Assembly (NCBI GenBank): GCA_963703315.1
Contig: OY969811.1
Location: 2,560,001 to 2,624,000 of the forward strand
Direction of reading: 5' to 3'
Source of the DNA: an uncultured cyanobacterium
GTDB taxonomy: Bacteria > Cyanobacteriota > Cyanobacteriia > Pseudanabaenales > Pseudanabaenaceae
Length of the DNA stretch: 64,000 nt
Under the pieces are notes generated by a model, which was not told the origin of the DNA, made no database searches, and saw nothing but the letters and a program-made list of their open reading frames with translations. Shown here piece after piece: positions 1-10,349 of the stretch; the first letter of the stretch is position 1, and the number at the start of each line of letters is the position of its first letter. The position numbers were made by a program, and so were the translations under genes.

Positions 1-246
1 CACTCCCTCTTCTTGGAGCAGAATAAGTAAACCCAGAAAGCTGTGGCGCGCACGCGCAGCGTGCGCCACAGCTTTCTGGGTTTTATATTTAATTGCGCCC
101 AGCTACTTATAGTGTTTCACAGTCTAGTGAAATATGGGATTGTTTTCCCGCCAAAGGCGGGAAAACAATCCTCTGTACCTCGCTTGCTTGAAAAGCGCTA
201 TATTAGGCTTACTATGTTAGTCTATTAACCTTCTTGTTCTAGTTAA

Positions 247-1716
247 TTGATTCCATTGAGAAACACAATATTTACCGAGATTGCTTTAGTTGTAATTTCT
301 CTAGCAGCAATACTTCCTGCTCAGGCAAATAGCGATCAAATCTGCACTGATCAATTACAAAATGAAGTTGCAAAAGTTGCTCAATCACCAAAATTACAAG
401 CATCAAGAGTTGGTGTATTTGTGCAAACTAATGAGACTAATCCCAAAACATTAGCTAGTCTTGATGGCGATCGCTATTTTATTCCTGCCTCAAATGCCAA
501 GCTATTTACAACGGCGATCGCTTTAAAAACATTGGGTGCAGACTATCGCTTTACCACAAGGCTAATGTCGAGTCATTTACCTAATGCCAAAGGCGAATTG
601 GAACATGGACTTTGGTTAATTGGCTCAGGCGATCCCAGCTTTAGCTCCGCAACTGGATTGAAATCTCTAGTTACCCAACTCAAAAATAAAGGCGTAAAGA
701 AGATCAATGGGGGAATTTGGACTTTAACATCTCGCAAAGGTGCAGAAATTGCCGATAGTTGGGAATGGTCGGATTTACAAGAATATTATGCAGCGATCGC
801 TTCGACCTTTACGATTAATGAGAATTCTTTAAATTGGACAATTAGTCCGTCCCAGCTTGGCAAACCACCAATCTTTGAATGGGACAATCCTGCCTTAGCT
901 AGTGGTTGGCGCGTTCAAAATCAAGCAATTACAGTTAGTGCCAACGCTGAATTTGACTTAAAAGTTTTCCGCCCTGATCATCAAAAAGTGCTGATTATCA
1001 CTGGACAGATACCTGAAAAATCAGAGCCAGAACTCGGCGGTGTTGCTATTCCTGATCCAGAAGCCAACTTTTTAGATTTGCTGCGTCAAGAACTAATTGC
1101 CCAAGGTATTGAAATCGCACCAGATATTGCTAATTCTAAACAAAAGCTACCACCGATCCAAGACCTCGCGATCGCCTTTTCGCCAGCACTTTCAGAACTG
1201 ATCGTCACTACAAATAAAGACAGCAACAATCTCTATGCCGAATTATTACTCAGAGCTTTAGGCGATCGATTTCATGAAGTTCTGCCCGATGACAGTGTGA
1301 AAGGTGGCATGATTGCGATTAATAAATATTTGCAATCTATCAATATTTCTCCTAACTCGGTCTTACTAGCTGATGGTTCTGGGCTATCGCGGCACAATTT
1401 AACTACACCTAGAGCGATCGTCCAACTATTACAAACCGTTGCCAGCGATCGCAATTTTCGGAGATCTTTATCCATCTCCAATGTTGATGGAACCTTAAGC
1501 AATCGCTTTAAAAATAGTCAAGCTCAAGGGTTACTCCAAGCCAAGACAGGGACATTAACAGGCACAATTGCATTGTCAGGATACGCCAATCCTCCCAGTT
1601 ATCGCGAAGTTATTTTCAGTATCATGATCAATAACAGCAATCTGCCTACCAGAGAGTTGCAACAATATATTGATGCGATCGCCTTACTCTTAACACGCCT
1701 TAAATCCTGTCCATAG
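247..1716 (+). CDS. dacB: D-alanyl-D-alanine carboxypeptidase/endopeptidase (PBP4, peptidase S13)
   Basis: Signal peptide; SxxK (PASNAK), SxN (DSNN), DGSGLSR and KTG motifs. Confidence 0.93.
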   Translation: MIPLRNTIFTEIALVVISLAAILPAQANSDQICTDQLQNEVAKVAQSPKLQASRVGVFVQTNETNPKTLASLDGDRYFIPASNAKLFTTAIALKTLGADYRFTTRLMSSHLPNAKGELEHGLWLIGSGDPSFSSATGLKSLVTQLKNKGVKKINGGIWTLTSRKGAEIADSWEWSDLQEYYAAIASTFTINENSLNWTISPSQLGKPPIFEWDNPALASGWRVQNQAITVSANAEFDLKVFRPDHQKVLIITGQIPEKSEPELGGVAIPDPEANFLDLLRQELIAQGIEIAPDIANSKQKLPPIQDLAIAFSPALSELIVTTNKDSNNLYAELLLRALGDRFHEVLPDDSVKGGMIAINKYLQSINISPNSVLLADGSGLSRHNLTTPRAIVQLLQTVASDRNFRRSLSISNVDGTLSNRFKNSQAQGLLQAKTGTLTGTIALSGYANPPSYREVIFSIMINNSNLPTRELQQYIDAIALLLTRLKSCP

Positions 1717-1717
1717 A

Positions 1718-2215
1718 ATGAAAAAGTGGCTTACTTCCAACCATAAATTCATCGTCACATCAGCGATCGTCTCAGCGATCGTCTTAATGCTAGGCAGCAT
1801 TTTGATACTCACGACGATTTTTTGGTCTAAGCCCACAGTTTCATCATCATCAAATCTCTCTTTGTGTTCCCCACCAATGACAGAAATCTCCAATGTACGC
1901 CCTAGTCTACAGTTTCATCCAATTAAAATCGTAGCTGAGCCTTGGCAAGGCAAGCATAAAGTTTACGCCGTATTTGCACTGCCCTTGGCATATAAAGATA
2001 TTTACTATCAATCACACTTGCTAGTCAAAGGCTCAGACACAGTTTGGAATGTCACACCCACTGATGGACGTAAATACGGAGTCTCTACAATTCCTGATGG
2101 CAAATTTTTGGTGATTGGCTTTTTTCGGACTCGGCTAGCCCTGTTGTATTTAATCAGTGGGAAGTTTAGTGACCTTACAGACCCTTGCAATTGGATACTC
2201 TATTTTTTTCCTTAA
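1718..2215 (+). CDS. Hypothetical protein with N-terminal membrane anchor
   Basis: 165-aa ORF 1 nt after dacB stop; hydrophobic N-terminus. Confidence 0.6.
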   Translation: MKKWLTSNHKFIVTSAIVSAIVLMLGSILILTTIFWSKPTVSSSSNLSLCSPPMTEISNVRPSLQFHPIKIVAEPWQGKHKVYAVFALPLAYKDIYYQSHLLVKGSDTVWNVTPTDGRKYGVSTIPDGKFLVIGFFRTRLALLYLISGKFSDLTDPCNWILYFFP

Positions 2216-2364
2216 AATATAGACATCCTAAAGCCCGTAAAGCTGCTCCCCTGCGGGGAGCAGCTTTACGGGCTTTAGGAATTTATTTTGCTTAGGATCA
2301 TCAAAAAATGAGTGGCGGCGCAAAGCGCCGCCACTCATTTTTTGGATTTTGGTTTGCTATACAA

Positions 2365-2808
2365 TTACTTACTTTCAGATTTCTTAGTTACGCTATTGAA
2401 ATATTCCTTAGCTTTAGTGAAAGCGTACTTAACTTTATCGCCAATAGTTGGCTCAGGCAAAACTGCAACCGTAATTTCTTCATCAGGAAACTCTTTCAGA
2501 CGATAGCCATATTCCAAATTATCTTTGAACTTCCTCAAGATCGGATACAAACGGATTGCTCCCTTCAATAATTCTGCTTCCTGTTGGAAGATAGCGCGAC
2601 TAATGAGATTGCTGCGTTCTACTGCCATCGAACCCGCAGGAACCCATTCCTTCCCTTTGATGCGGATAAAAATGTTGAACTCAGGTAAACCCTTGTCCTT
2701 CATCTCATCATATCTACTCGCAGCTACCTCACGTTTGTTAGGAGCTTTTTTCTTCTTTTTCGACTGACCCGAACCACCCGCAAATCCCGTCGCCTTAGTT
2801 GCACTCAT
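2365..2808 (-). CDS. HHL1-like protein
   Basis: GF + poly-K N-terminus; W.PAGSMAV.RS and LEYGYRLK motifs recalled from this cyanobacterial family. Confidence 0.7.
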   Translation of the reverse strand: MSATKATGFAGGSGQSKKKKKAPNKREVAASRYDEMKDKGLPEFNIFIRIKGKEWVPAGSMAVERSNLISRAIFQQEAELLKGAIRLYPILRKFKDNLEYGYRLKEFPDEEITVAVLPEPTIGDKVKYAFTKAKEYFNSVTKKSESK

Positions 2809-3205
2809 CGCTTTACCTTTGATTTTTTAAAAAATTTTTAGATATTTAATACGCAATGCAGAGCAGCGCATATCAAATTTTTGTAGTTATTAAATGTGTT
2901 AACAAAAGTTTACTTTAGTCGATGACGCAAACACAATCATTCTTTAGTTAAACAGTTGTGGGACTTACAGCGCTTTGCGCTAAATTAACCCCCAAAGAAA
3001 TTTTTGAAAGCGCGGCAAAGCCGCGCTTTCAAAAATTTCTTAACAGCCTGTATATAGCAAAGCAAGTTTTGCTTAGGACATAAAACCAGAAGATGAGTTG
3101 CGGCGCTTCGCGCCGCAACTCGCTTCTTGGGTTTTGGTTGGTACTAGCTAACTCTTTTTTTGCTATAGCAATGTAAGTTTTGCTTAGGACATAAAAACCC
3201 AAACA

Positions 3206-4594
3206 TCAAAAAACACCTGCGGATTCGTAGAGGCGACGAATGAGGGCGAGGATTTTGCGATCGTAGAGAGGATCGATCGCCCAGCGTCCTGTGAGTTGAC
3301 TTAAGACTGGGGCAACACCTCGCGCCACTAAATGGAATCGCGGCGCAACTACGGGTTGAAATAGAGGTGCATTGCTAGCATAGGCTTTGAGATGTTGGAT
3401 ATGCGCTCTTACCCCTGTCCGTTGATCGGGAAAACTTGCACCTGTGCCTTTTTCCGTCGAACTGTTAGCGGCTCCGAGACTAGCAAAATTATTTTGTTCA
3501 GGCTCAATACCTCTGCCAAATCTGAGAAATCCTGTCTCAATACACATTTGGCAGAAAGCAATATCGTGATTTACGCCTTCAATCTCGGCTTCTTCACGAT
3601 ATATGTGAGGTAAATCGCCATAGTTTGTAAGTGCATTCTCATTATTATTCTTGAGGAACATCAGCAACTGTACTGCGGAAGCATTGCCCACGCCCATAAT
3701 CTGATTGATTTGCCCCGTAAATACTTTAAAAATCGTTTTCAGATAAAGAGTGCGCGTGGTGCTATCCCAAGATACGGAAGTATTTAATTCCCGCAGGGCG
3801 ATCGCCTGTACATAGACAATACTTTGATAACGCAGACGGCAGTTTAAAGGAATCTGACTCAGATCAAAACCGAGGCGATCGACTAAATCGGCGGGAACTA
3901 ACACATTCCCCGAAACTAGAATCCCTTTTTCCTCATAGCTTTGTCCATTGAGATTGATATTAATCTCTGGATAGGTAACGGGCTTAGTCGCAGGTAAACG
4001 ATTTGCTGGTGTAAAGACAGGAATCGTCGTTGCCGTTTCATTAATCCATGCCTGTATACCATCGGCAAGTCCGATCGCATAGTCACGTCGTCTTGTTTGC
4101 ATCAGCAAGCGATCCTGTGAATTATTGGCAAATACTAATTCCAGCAAAATCGAAGGAATAGCAATTTGACGACAGAAACTCAAACTACCAATGCTAGCGA
4201 CTGTATCTGCCTTTGCGCCGCGACTAGTGATTTCAGGCACGCGCTTAGTCAATGCATTGGTGATAATTTCTGCTTGACGTTTACGAATGGCATTATTGGC
4301 AATGTAATAGGCTGTCGCCCCCCGCAATTCTGGTGAAATGACTGTATCAAGATTGAGGGACAGCGCGACATCTTGACTAGTCGCCCGTAAGTTAATCCAT
4401 GCGATCATTTCATCTAAATTCAAGTCATCACTAGGAACGGCGATCGCAATGCCACGCGATCGTAATTCTGCGATTAGCAAATCTCTGGTGGCTACCAACT
4501 CAGCCGTTTCAATCGTTCCACCTACCCCCTCACTGAGATCGCGAAACGAACCTTCAAAAACACTATGACCTGCGGAAATAAATACTTTGCCCAT
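3206..4594 (-). CDS. N-acetylmuramoyl-L-alanine amidase + glucosaminidase domain protein (TftA-like)
   Basis: VFISAGH and SILLE amidase motifs; C-terminal QMCIETG, NNFASLGA, WAIDP.Y. Confidence 0.85.
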   Translation of the reverse strand: MGKVFISAGHSVFEGSFRDLSEGVGGTIETAELVATRDLLIAELRSRGIAIAVPSDDLNLDEMIAWINLRATSQDVALSLNLDTVISPELRGATAYYIANNAIRKRQAEIITNALTKRVPEITSRGAKADTVASIGSLSFCRQIAIPSILLELVFANNSQDRLLMQTRRRDYAIGLADGIQAWINETATTIPVFTPANRLPATKPVTYPEININLNGQSYEEKGILVSGNVLVPADLVDRLGFDLSQIPLNCRLRYQSIVYVQAIALRELNTSVSWDSTTRTLYLKTIFKVFTGQINQIMGVGNASAVQLLMFLKNNNENALTNYGDLPHIYREEAEIEGVNHDIAFCQMCIETGFLRFGRGIEPEQNNFASLGAANSSTEKGTGASFPDQRTGVRAHIQHLKAYASNAPLFQPVVAPRFHLVARGVAPVLSQLTGRWAIDPLYDRKILALIRRLYESAGVF

Positions 4595-4861
4595 ATCTCT
4601 ATCTGCTAGTCAATTTCAGAAAGCAAAAAAGTCTCCGTGAGTGTATCAGCTTTTGTCCTGTTTGACTATTGATTTCTCAACTAGAGATACGGCGCGAAGC
4701 ACCGCCTTCTAGTTATAAACAAGGGGCTTAAGCCCCTTGTTTATATATTCATAGAGTTGCATCGCTTTGCGCCGCAACTCTATGAATGGGTTTAGCAGGA
4801 AAACTGCGATAATTATTGATGCTGATTGATGTGGGCGGGAACTACCCAAAATTACCAAATT

Positions 4862-5266
4862 ATGAAAAAAAGAGTTAACCTAACTTTCCCTAAACGAGCG
4901 ATCAATATTCCCCTCACCTATCGGCTTGCCAAGGATTTTAATATTGCCGCCAATATCATCCGCGCTCAAGTTGCTCCTAATAAAGTCGGCAAAATGGTGT
5001 TAGAGCTATCGGGCGACATTGACCAACTGGAAGAAGCGATGGATTGGATGCGATCGCAAGATATTGAGGTTTCATTACATGGACGGGAAATTGTGATTGA
5101 TGATACTGTATGTGTGGATTGTGGCTTATGTACTGGCGTATGCCCTACCGAAGCATTAACTCTCGATCCTAAAAGCTTTCAACTTACCTTTACGCGATCG
5201 CGCTGTGTCGTTTGCGAACAATGTATTACCGCTTGTCCTGTGAATGCGATCTCGATTAACCTGTAG
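4862..5266 (+). CDS. NIL domain + 2[4Fe-4S] ferredoxin protein
   Basis: Two CxxCxxCxxxCP motifs; NIL-like N-terminus; ATG at 4862 preferred. Confidence 0.88.
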   Translation: MKKRVNLTFPKRAINIPLTYRLAKDFNIAANIIRAQVAPNKVGKMVLELSGDIDQLEEAMDWMRSQDIEVSLHGREIVIDDTVCVDCGLCTGVCPTEALTLDPKSFQLTFTRSRCVVCEQCITACPVNAISINL

Positions 5267-5376
5267 TATAGAAATCGGTACTTGCGATCGGTCAAATTGA
5301 TCAGTTAAAAACAGCCAGAGAGCTTATTAATTCGTCTATTTTTTGACTTGCAAGCGACTATAATGATACAAAAGTT

Positions 5377-5423
5377 AACACTTTTATAAAACACTTTTAT
5401 AAAACACTCTTACAAAACACTTT
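5377..5423 (+). repeat. 13-bp tandem repeat (AACACTTTTATAA, about 3.6 copies) upstream of dedA
   Basis: Copies at 5377, 5390, 5403, 5416; TATAAT at 5359-5364. Confidence 0.85.
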
Positions 5424-5450
5424 AGCCCACTAAACTTTGAGTTATAACTC

Positions 5451-6215
5451 ATGCATTTTGAGTTTTTTTCGCTAGAAATTATTCAAGAATGGACGCAACT
5501 GTATGGATACTGGATCGTATTCTTCGGCATTATGCTGGAGAACGCAGGTATCCCATTACCAGGAGAAACCATCACCTTAGTCGGTGGTTTTTTGGCAGGA
5601 AATGGTGAATTGCGATATCCATTGGTTTTGTTATGTACTGTTGCGGGCGCGATTTTAGGAGACAGTGCGGGTTATTGGCTAGGACGTTGGGGTGGTTTGC
5701 CCGTATTAGAAAAAATCGGCAAAGTATTTCGGATGCCTAGTGATGAAATCGAGATTGCCCGTGAGAAATTTCGCGGTAGTGCTGATCGCGCTGTATTTTT
5801 TGGACGCTTTATTGCCATCCTCAGAATTTTTGCAGGTCCAATGGCAGGTCTATCGGGAATGCCCTACCAACGATTTTTATTTTTTAACTCCACAGGTGCA
5901 TTGGTTTGGGGTGTTGTCACCACAGGTGTTGCTTACTATGCAGGCACTCTTATTCCTCTAGAAACTCTGGTTTCTGGAGTTGTAAAAATCAGTTCAATTA
6001 TTTTAAGTGGGGTTGTCTTATGGTTCGCTACCCCACCTGCATTTCGTTGGCTCAAGCAGAAATTTGTGATTTGGTATAGCGCCAAAAAAGCGCAAGATGC
6101 TACACATCCTCATCCGAATCTGCAAGCCGCTCAAGAATCAGCCGTATTATTACCGATCGCTGAAAATCAACTTCAAAATAAAGTCAAGGTTAAACAGGCG
6201 ATCGATAAGGATTAA
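5451..6215 (+). CDS. dedA: DedA family membrane protein
   Basis: ENAGIPLPGE, GD..GYWLGR, GRFI..LR motifs. Confidence 0.9.
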   Translation: MHFEFFSLEIIQEWTQLYGYWIVFFGIMLENAGIPLPGETITLVGGFLAGNGELRYPLVLLCTVAGAILGDSAGYWLGRWGGLPVLEKIGKVFRMPSDEIEIAREKFRGSADRAVFFGRFIAILRIFAGPMAGLSGMPYQRFLFFNSTGALVWGVVTTGVAYYAGTLIPLETLVSGVVKISSIILSGVVLWFATPPAFRWLKQKFVIWYSAKKAQDATHPHPNLQAAQESAVLLPIAENQLQNKVKVKQAIDKD

Positions 6216-6250
6216 AAAAAGGGTGATGCCTGAAGGCATCACCCTTTTTT
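6214..6250. terminator. Bidirectional intrinsic terminator
   Basis: A-tract, GGGTGATGCC/GGCATCACCC hairpin, T-tract between convergent dedA and tRNA. Confidence 0.75.
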
Positions 6251-6253
6251 CTA

Positions 6254-6338
6254 CGGAGAGAGAGGGATTCGAACCCTCGGTTGCTTTCACAACATTCGAT
6301 TTCAAGTCGAACGCATTCGACCACTCTGCCATCTCTCC
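6254..6338 (-). tRNA. tRNA-Ser (anticodon TGA)
   Basis: Reverse complement GGAGAGATGGCAGAGTGG...CTTGAAA loop, long variable arm, GGTTCGAATCC; no encoded CCA. Confidence 0.96.
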
Positions 6339-6460
6339 AGCTTTGTTATCTTAAAGCATCAATATGCACTAACACAAGTACAAAAAAAGAGATGTCGCAA
6401 AGCGACATCTCTTTTTTTGTATAAAAGCGCAAAATGGCTATGCCATTTTGCGCTTTGGGA

Positions 6461-7579
6461 TTATGGCTTAATCAAAGAAATCGATAGGGTATAGTAGCCT
6501 AGCTGATTAGGAACTCTCTCCCACTTACCGTCTAATTTGCCCTTTGACAAGTTTTTGGTGACGCGATCCTTAGCTTGACGGAAATTCTCAACCGATAGAT
6601 CGCCGTACAGTGCCTTGACCACACTATCCGCATTCACAAATTCGCCTTTACGCTCTTGTAATACCTTCTCGATCGCATCAGTTAAAGTATTGCCCTGATA
6701 GAGAGGACGAAAAGCTAGAGAACTAGAACGACCTGACTTCTTAGGCTGAGGTGATTTAGCTGCAACTGCTTCAGCTTTCTTGGAAGCTTTGGCAGTTGTC
6801 TTTGCGGCTGCAACCGCAGCTTTAGGAGCAGCCTTAGTTGCTTTAGGAGCAGCCTTAGTCTTAGCAGCAGCCTTAGGAGCTTTAGGAGCAGCTTTAGGAG
6901 CTTTAGGAGCAGCTTTAGTCTTAGGAGTAGCTTCAGTCTTGACAGATGCGGCTCTTCCTCTCTTGATAGTTGATGTAGGGATGGTCTTTAATGTCTCAAG
7001 AGATAGGGTGTAATAGCCAAGTTGGTTAGGAACACGCTTCCATCTATTTTCACCTTTACCTTTGGATAGATTTTTGGTGACACGCTCTTTCGCAACTCGG
7101 AAAACAGTTTCTGTAAGCTCTCCGTAAAGAATATTTACAACATCATCAGCATTAATTGCTTGCCCTTGGCGTTCATTCAAAATCTTGGCGATCGCTTCGG
7201 TGAGGGTGAGACCTTCATAGGCAGGACGAGTTGTCAAAGAACCACGACGATGACCTCTTCCTCTTCCCTTTGATACAGGAGCAGGAGCTACCTCAGCCTT
7301 GGCTTTAGGTTTACGACCTTTGGTAGGCGCTGGTGGAGCTTCAACAATAACAGGAAGGACTGGTACAACAGCCGCTACAGCTTCTTTCTTTTTACCTTTA
7401 GCCTTAGGAGCTTCAGCAGGTAAGCTTCCTAGAAGGGCTTCAACGTGAGCGAGTTGGGCGCGAGCTTGAGCAACTTTATCTTCGTATTCAGCGAGAAATC
7501 CTTGCAAATGGGATTGTAAAGCTTGTAGAGACGCGCCAAAACCGTCTGGCTGTAAACTTACAGGTAGATCTATACTCAT
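6461..7579 (-). CDS. Basic protein with two near-identical putative winged-helix domains and a Lys/Ala/Pro-rich linker
   Basis: Duplicated LT.AI.K.L.ER...LYG...RVTKNLSKGK...RVPNQLGYYTLS; KAAPKAPK repeats. Confidence 0.75.
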   Translation of the reverse strand: MSIDLPVSLQPDGFGASLQALQSHLQGFLAEYEDKVAQARAQLAHVEALLGSLPAEAPKAKGKKKEAVAAVVPVLPVIVEAPPAPTKGRKPKAKAEVAPAPVSKGRGRGHRRGSLTTRPAYEGLTLTEAIAKILNERQGQAINADDVVNILYGELTETVFRVAKERVTKNLSKGKGENRWKRVPNQLGYYTLSLETLKTIPTSTIKRGRAASVKTEATPKTKAAPKAPKAAPKAPKAAAKTKAAPKATKAAPKAAVAAAKTTAKASKKAEAVAAKSPQPKKSGRSSSLAFRPLYQGNTLTDAIEKVLQERKGEFVNADSVVKALYGDLSVENFRQAKDRVTKNLSKGKLDGKWERVPNQLGYYTLSISLIKP

Positions 7580-7863
7580 ACTATGGGAACCAAAAAAATA
7601 ATGATTGATTGATGTGATGAGTTTACTTCCTCATGGTTTTTCTAATGATGGAAGAAACTCATCATTTCGTTCTATCACGTTTTGAGAGAACTCGCAATAG
7701 TTTAGAAAGAATTCTCACCATTATCTATTTTTTTATGGCAACTTTTAAACGAGTGGCTGCTCTTGAGAAAGCTGGAAATTGTTTCTAGTAAAGCTTTATA
7801 GCCTTCAAACCACCTAGATATAGCTAAAAGACAGAAAGAGACGAATATTGTCCCTTTCTGTCT

Positions 7864-10221
7864 TTATTTCTTGAGGTCTACCAGAAATTTGGCTTCGGCA
7901 GCGCGATCGCTATTGGGATATCTCTCCAACAGCCTTTGCAAATAGCGTGGTTGCTCACTGAGAAAGAAACTAGAAAATAGTAAGTCATCAATATATTGAC
8001 TCTGAGGAAACTTCACCTGTAATTCAGTGATAATGCTATCTATGCGCCTTTGATAGTCAGATAGCATAATCTTTTCGCGCTGTTCATAATCTTGGTAAGC
8101 ATAGCTACGTCTACTACTGCTGAGTTGGCGATATTGTCCACTAGCAGTCAATCCTGTGGGAGGATGGATACGTTGGGTTTCTGCGAAAGTGTGGTTTTCC
8201 CACTGGGCAAGTAGGGTCATGGCAACCATGTATAGAGATTTTTCGCGAAGTACAGGAGAGAGATTTTTGTCGTCGAGTAAATTTTGATAGAGGGAAAGGG
8301 CGATCGCATTTTGACTGCCGCCTTGATATTTAGCCAAAATCTCCGCACTACTGCGTTTAGATTCATCGCATACCCACCACTCACGACAATTCCAGTCCAT
8401 AGGGAGGCGATAGGTGCGAAATCCATCCCAGATGGGTAAATAACCATTTTTCCATCCACCCATTCCTGCCCAGTCTGCGGCAATTTGATAGCGAGATTCA
8501 GGCGTATTTTCGATTTGCCATTGTCGTAACTTTTGCCAACGCAGTTTTTGTTCGCTCAGTAATTCTTGAGCTTCTTTTTTAAAATCGACCACCCGATTAT
8601 CCTCCTGCCACCAACGACCTTGGGGATAGTAGTAGTCTGTGAGGACGCTGTCGGGGATTGTATCCAAATTTAAGTTGGTAGAAATTTCTAGAGCTTTAGC
8701 ATAATTGTGCGATCGCGCATATTGAATAGCGATCGCATACTTGAGGAGTGGTGCGAGGGCTTGACTATCTGGTTCTTGCAAAAGGGTTTGCATTTGTTCG
8801 ATAGACAAACCAACATCGAGGAGAGTCCGCACATGGGGAAATGCGAGATAAAGAGCATCGCGATCGCCCATAGGTTGCGCCATGATTTTGATCCAGAGCC
8901 GCATTGCCCCAACGATGTCGTTATTGTCTTGCAGACTGAGAGCAAGGAAATAGTTGGCATCATCGGCTCCCGCATGATCAGGATATTTCTTGAGCCAGTC
9001 TTGCCATGCATTAAGGCGTTCTTTTTCGGTGCGGTTGGCATTGCGTGTGAGGATCGCTTGTGGACGCTCCTCGCCGTTAAAATAGGAGCGTCCTGTTAAA
9101 TCTCCATACTCACGACAGGCGATCGCAAATTTGGATTGCGGATATTTCGTCACCATTCCCAACAGTAGGTAATAGGCATAGTCACCCTTTCGCGCAAAAT
9201 TTTCGTAACTCACGATTTTGGAGAGGGAATAAAGCTGGGAGAGATCTTTATTCAAAATATTTTGAAGGAGTTCTGTCCCTTGAGCATCTCCATGTCGATC
9301 TAGTTCGGCGATCGCCCAGATTCGATCATTAGAATTCGGTTCATTAATCAAATAACGGAAAAAGGAACGAACAGATGGAGTAAGCTCTCCTGCTTTGATC
9401 GCTCCAAGACGCTCAACTAAGATATATTCCTGAGCATCAGTTGGCAATTTTTGATAGAGAGCGATCGCTGCTTTAATTTGGCTGTCTGTTGGTTTTGATA
9501 ACTGCTCATAGTTCATCCATTCCGATAAACCTGCGAAGTTCTTATCTTTTTCATATCGAGATTTGCCATACACCGCGTCATAGCCTAGTAACCTAATTAA
9601 AAAATCTAGATTGAATTGACTGTAATATTGCGGAGAATTCTTTGGTTCGAGATTAGCTTTCGCAAGATTGATTAGCTCTGTTCGGACTTGAGGATCATCT
9701 AAACCAAAATCTTTCTCCCAATCTTTGTTTTGAGTCTCAGAGATATAGGGAGCGACATCATAAAAACTCGGATAGGTCAAACGCCTTTGGATCTGTCCAC
9801 GTAGCCATATTGTTGTGTAGGGTTTGCCAAGATTGCGAATACCTTCAATACCATACTTCTGTCTAGTTTCATCGCGAGAACGCGCATAATAACTCAACAA
9901 TGGATATGCCTTAGCTCCATACTTTTCCCAGACAGGATTGGCTACAGGATCTTTTCCCCATTTGGCAATAATAATATCTTGACGAACGGCTTGAACGATT
10001 TCTTGCCATTGCGGATCGAAGCGGAGGCGATCGCGGAGGACATCATCGATTTCGAGTTGGGAAATCTCTTGAGGGCTGAAGGAGTCAGCTAACTTCGACA
10101 TTTCCGCAGGACTAGGTATTTTGACGGTACGCGATTGAAAGACCTCTGCGGCTTTGAGTGCTACACCACAGGAGGCGATCGCTACAAATATAGACAATAT
10201 ATATAGATGTCGCTTTTGCAT
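7864..10221 (-). CDS. Exported alpha-helical (HEAT/TPR-like) hypothetical protein
   Basis: Signal-like N-terminus; KKYPDH..ADDA.Y and ERYPNS.RA.EA TPR-like ends; start uncertain (ORF extends to 10296). Confidence 0.65.
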   Translation of the reverse strand: MQKRHLYILSIFVAIASCGVALKAAEVFQSRTVKIPSPAEMSKLADSFSPQEISQLEIDDVLRDRLRFDPQWQEIVQAVRQDIIIAKWGKDPVANPVWEKYGAKAYPLLSYYARSRDETRQKYGIEGIRNLGKPYTTIWLRGQIQRRLTYPSFYDVAPYISETQNKDWEKDFGLDDPQVRTELINLAKANLEPKNSPQYYSQFNLDFLIRLLGYDAVYGKSRYEKDKNFAGLSEWMNYEQLSKPTDSQIKAAIALYQKLPTDAQEYILVERLGAIKAGELTPSVRSFFRYLINEPNSNDRIWAIAELDRHGDAQGTELLQNILNKDLSQLYSLSKIVSYENFARKGDYAYYLLLGMVTKYPQSKFAIACREYGDLTGRSYFNGEERPQAILTRNANRTEKERLNAWQDWLKKYPDHAGADDANYFLALSLQDNNDIVGAMRLWIKIMAQPMGDRDALYLAFPHVRTLLDVGLSIEQMQTLLQEPDSQALAPLLKYAIAIQYARSHNYAKALEISTNLNLDTIPDSVLTDYYYPQGRWWQEDNRVVDFKKEAQELLSEQKLRWQKLRQWQIENTPESRYQIAADWAGMGGWKNGYLPIWDGFRTYRLPMDWNCREWWVCDESKRSSAEILAKYQGGSQNAIALSLYQNLLDDKNLSPVLREKSLYMVAMTLLAQWENHTFAETQRIHPPTGLTASGQYRQLSSSRRSYAYQDYEQREKIMLSDYQRRIDSIITELQVKFPQSQYIDDLLFSSFFLSEQPRYLQRLLERYPNSDRAAEAKFLVDLKK

Positions 10222-10349
10222 ATTGCTCTCCAAAATCCAAGCTATGTCTCCTATCATTAAACGTGATTTAGGTGAGACAGAAAGACTTCTCAGCAATTTG
10301 CAACAAACAGCTCTTTAAAAAAGAGGCGGCGCATCGCTCCGCCTCTTTT

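Noticed and set aside
43..228. 61-aa ORF (also 2308-2571, 43976-44179, 44887-45096)
   Set aside because: Translations of palindromic repeats/MITEs or antisense to real genes
5343..5364. TTGACT/TATAAT as a sigma70 -35/-10 pair
   Set aside because: Spacer is only 10 bp
6254..6338. tRNA as an integration site for an island
   Set aside because: No integrase, and no duplicated tRNA 3' end seen in the window
6097..6354. ORFs 6097-6354(+) and 6150-6332(-)
   Set aside because: They overlap tRNA-Ser and the terminator; spurious
6780..7013. Hydrophobic Ala/Leu/Gly-rich ORF on the + strand
   Set aside because: Antisense shadow of the KAAPK repeat
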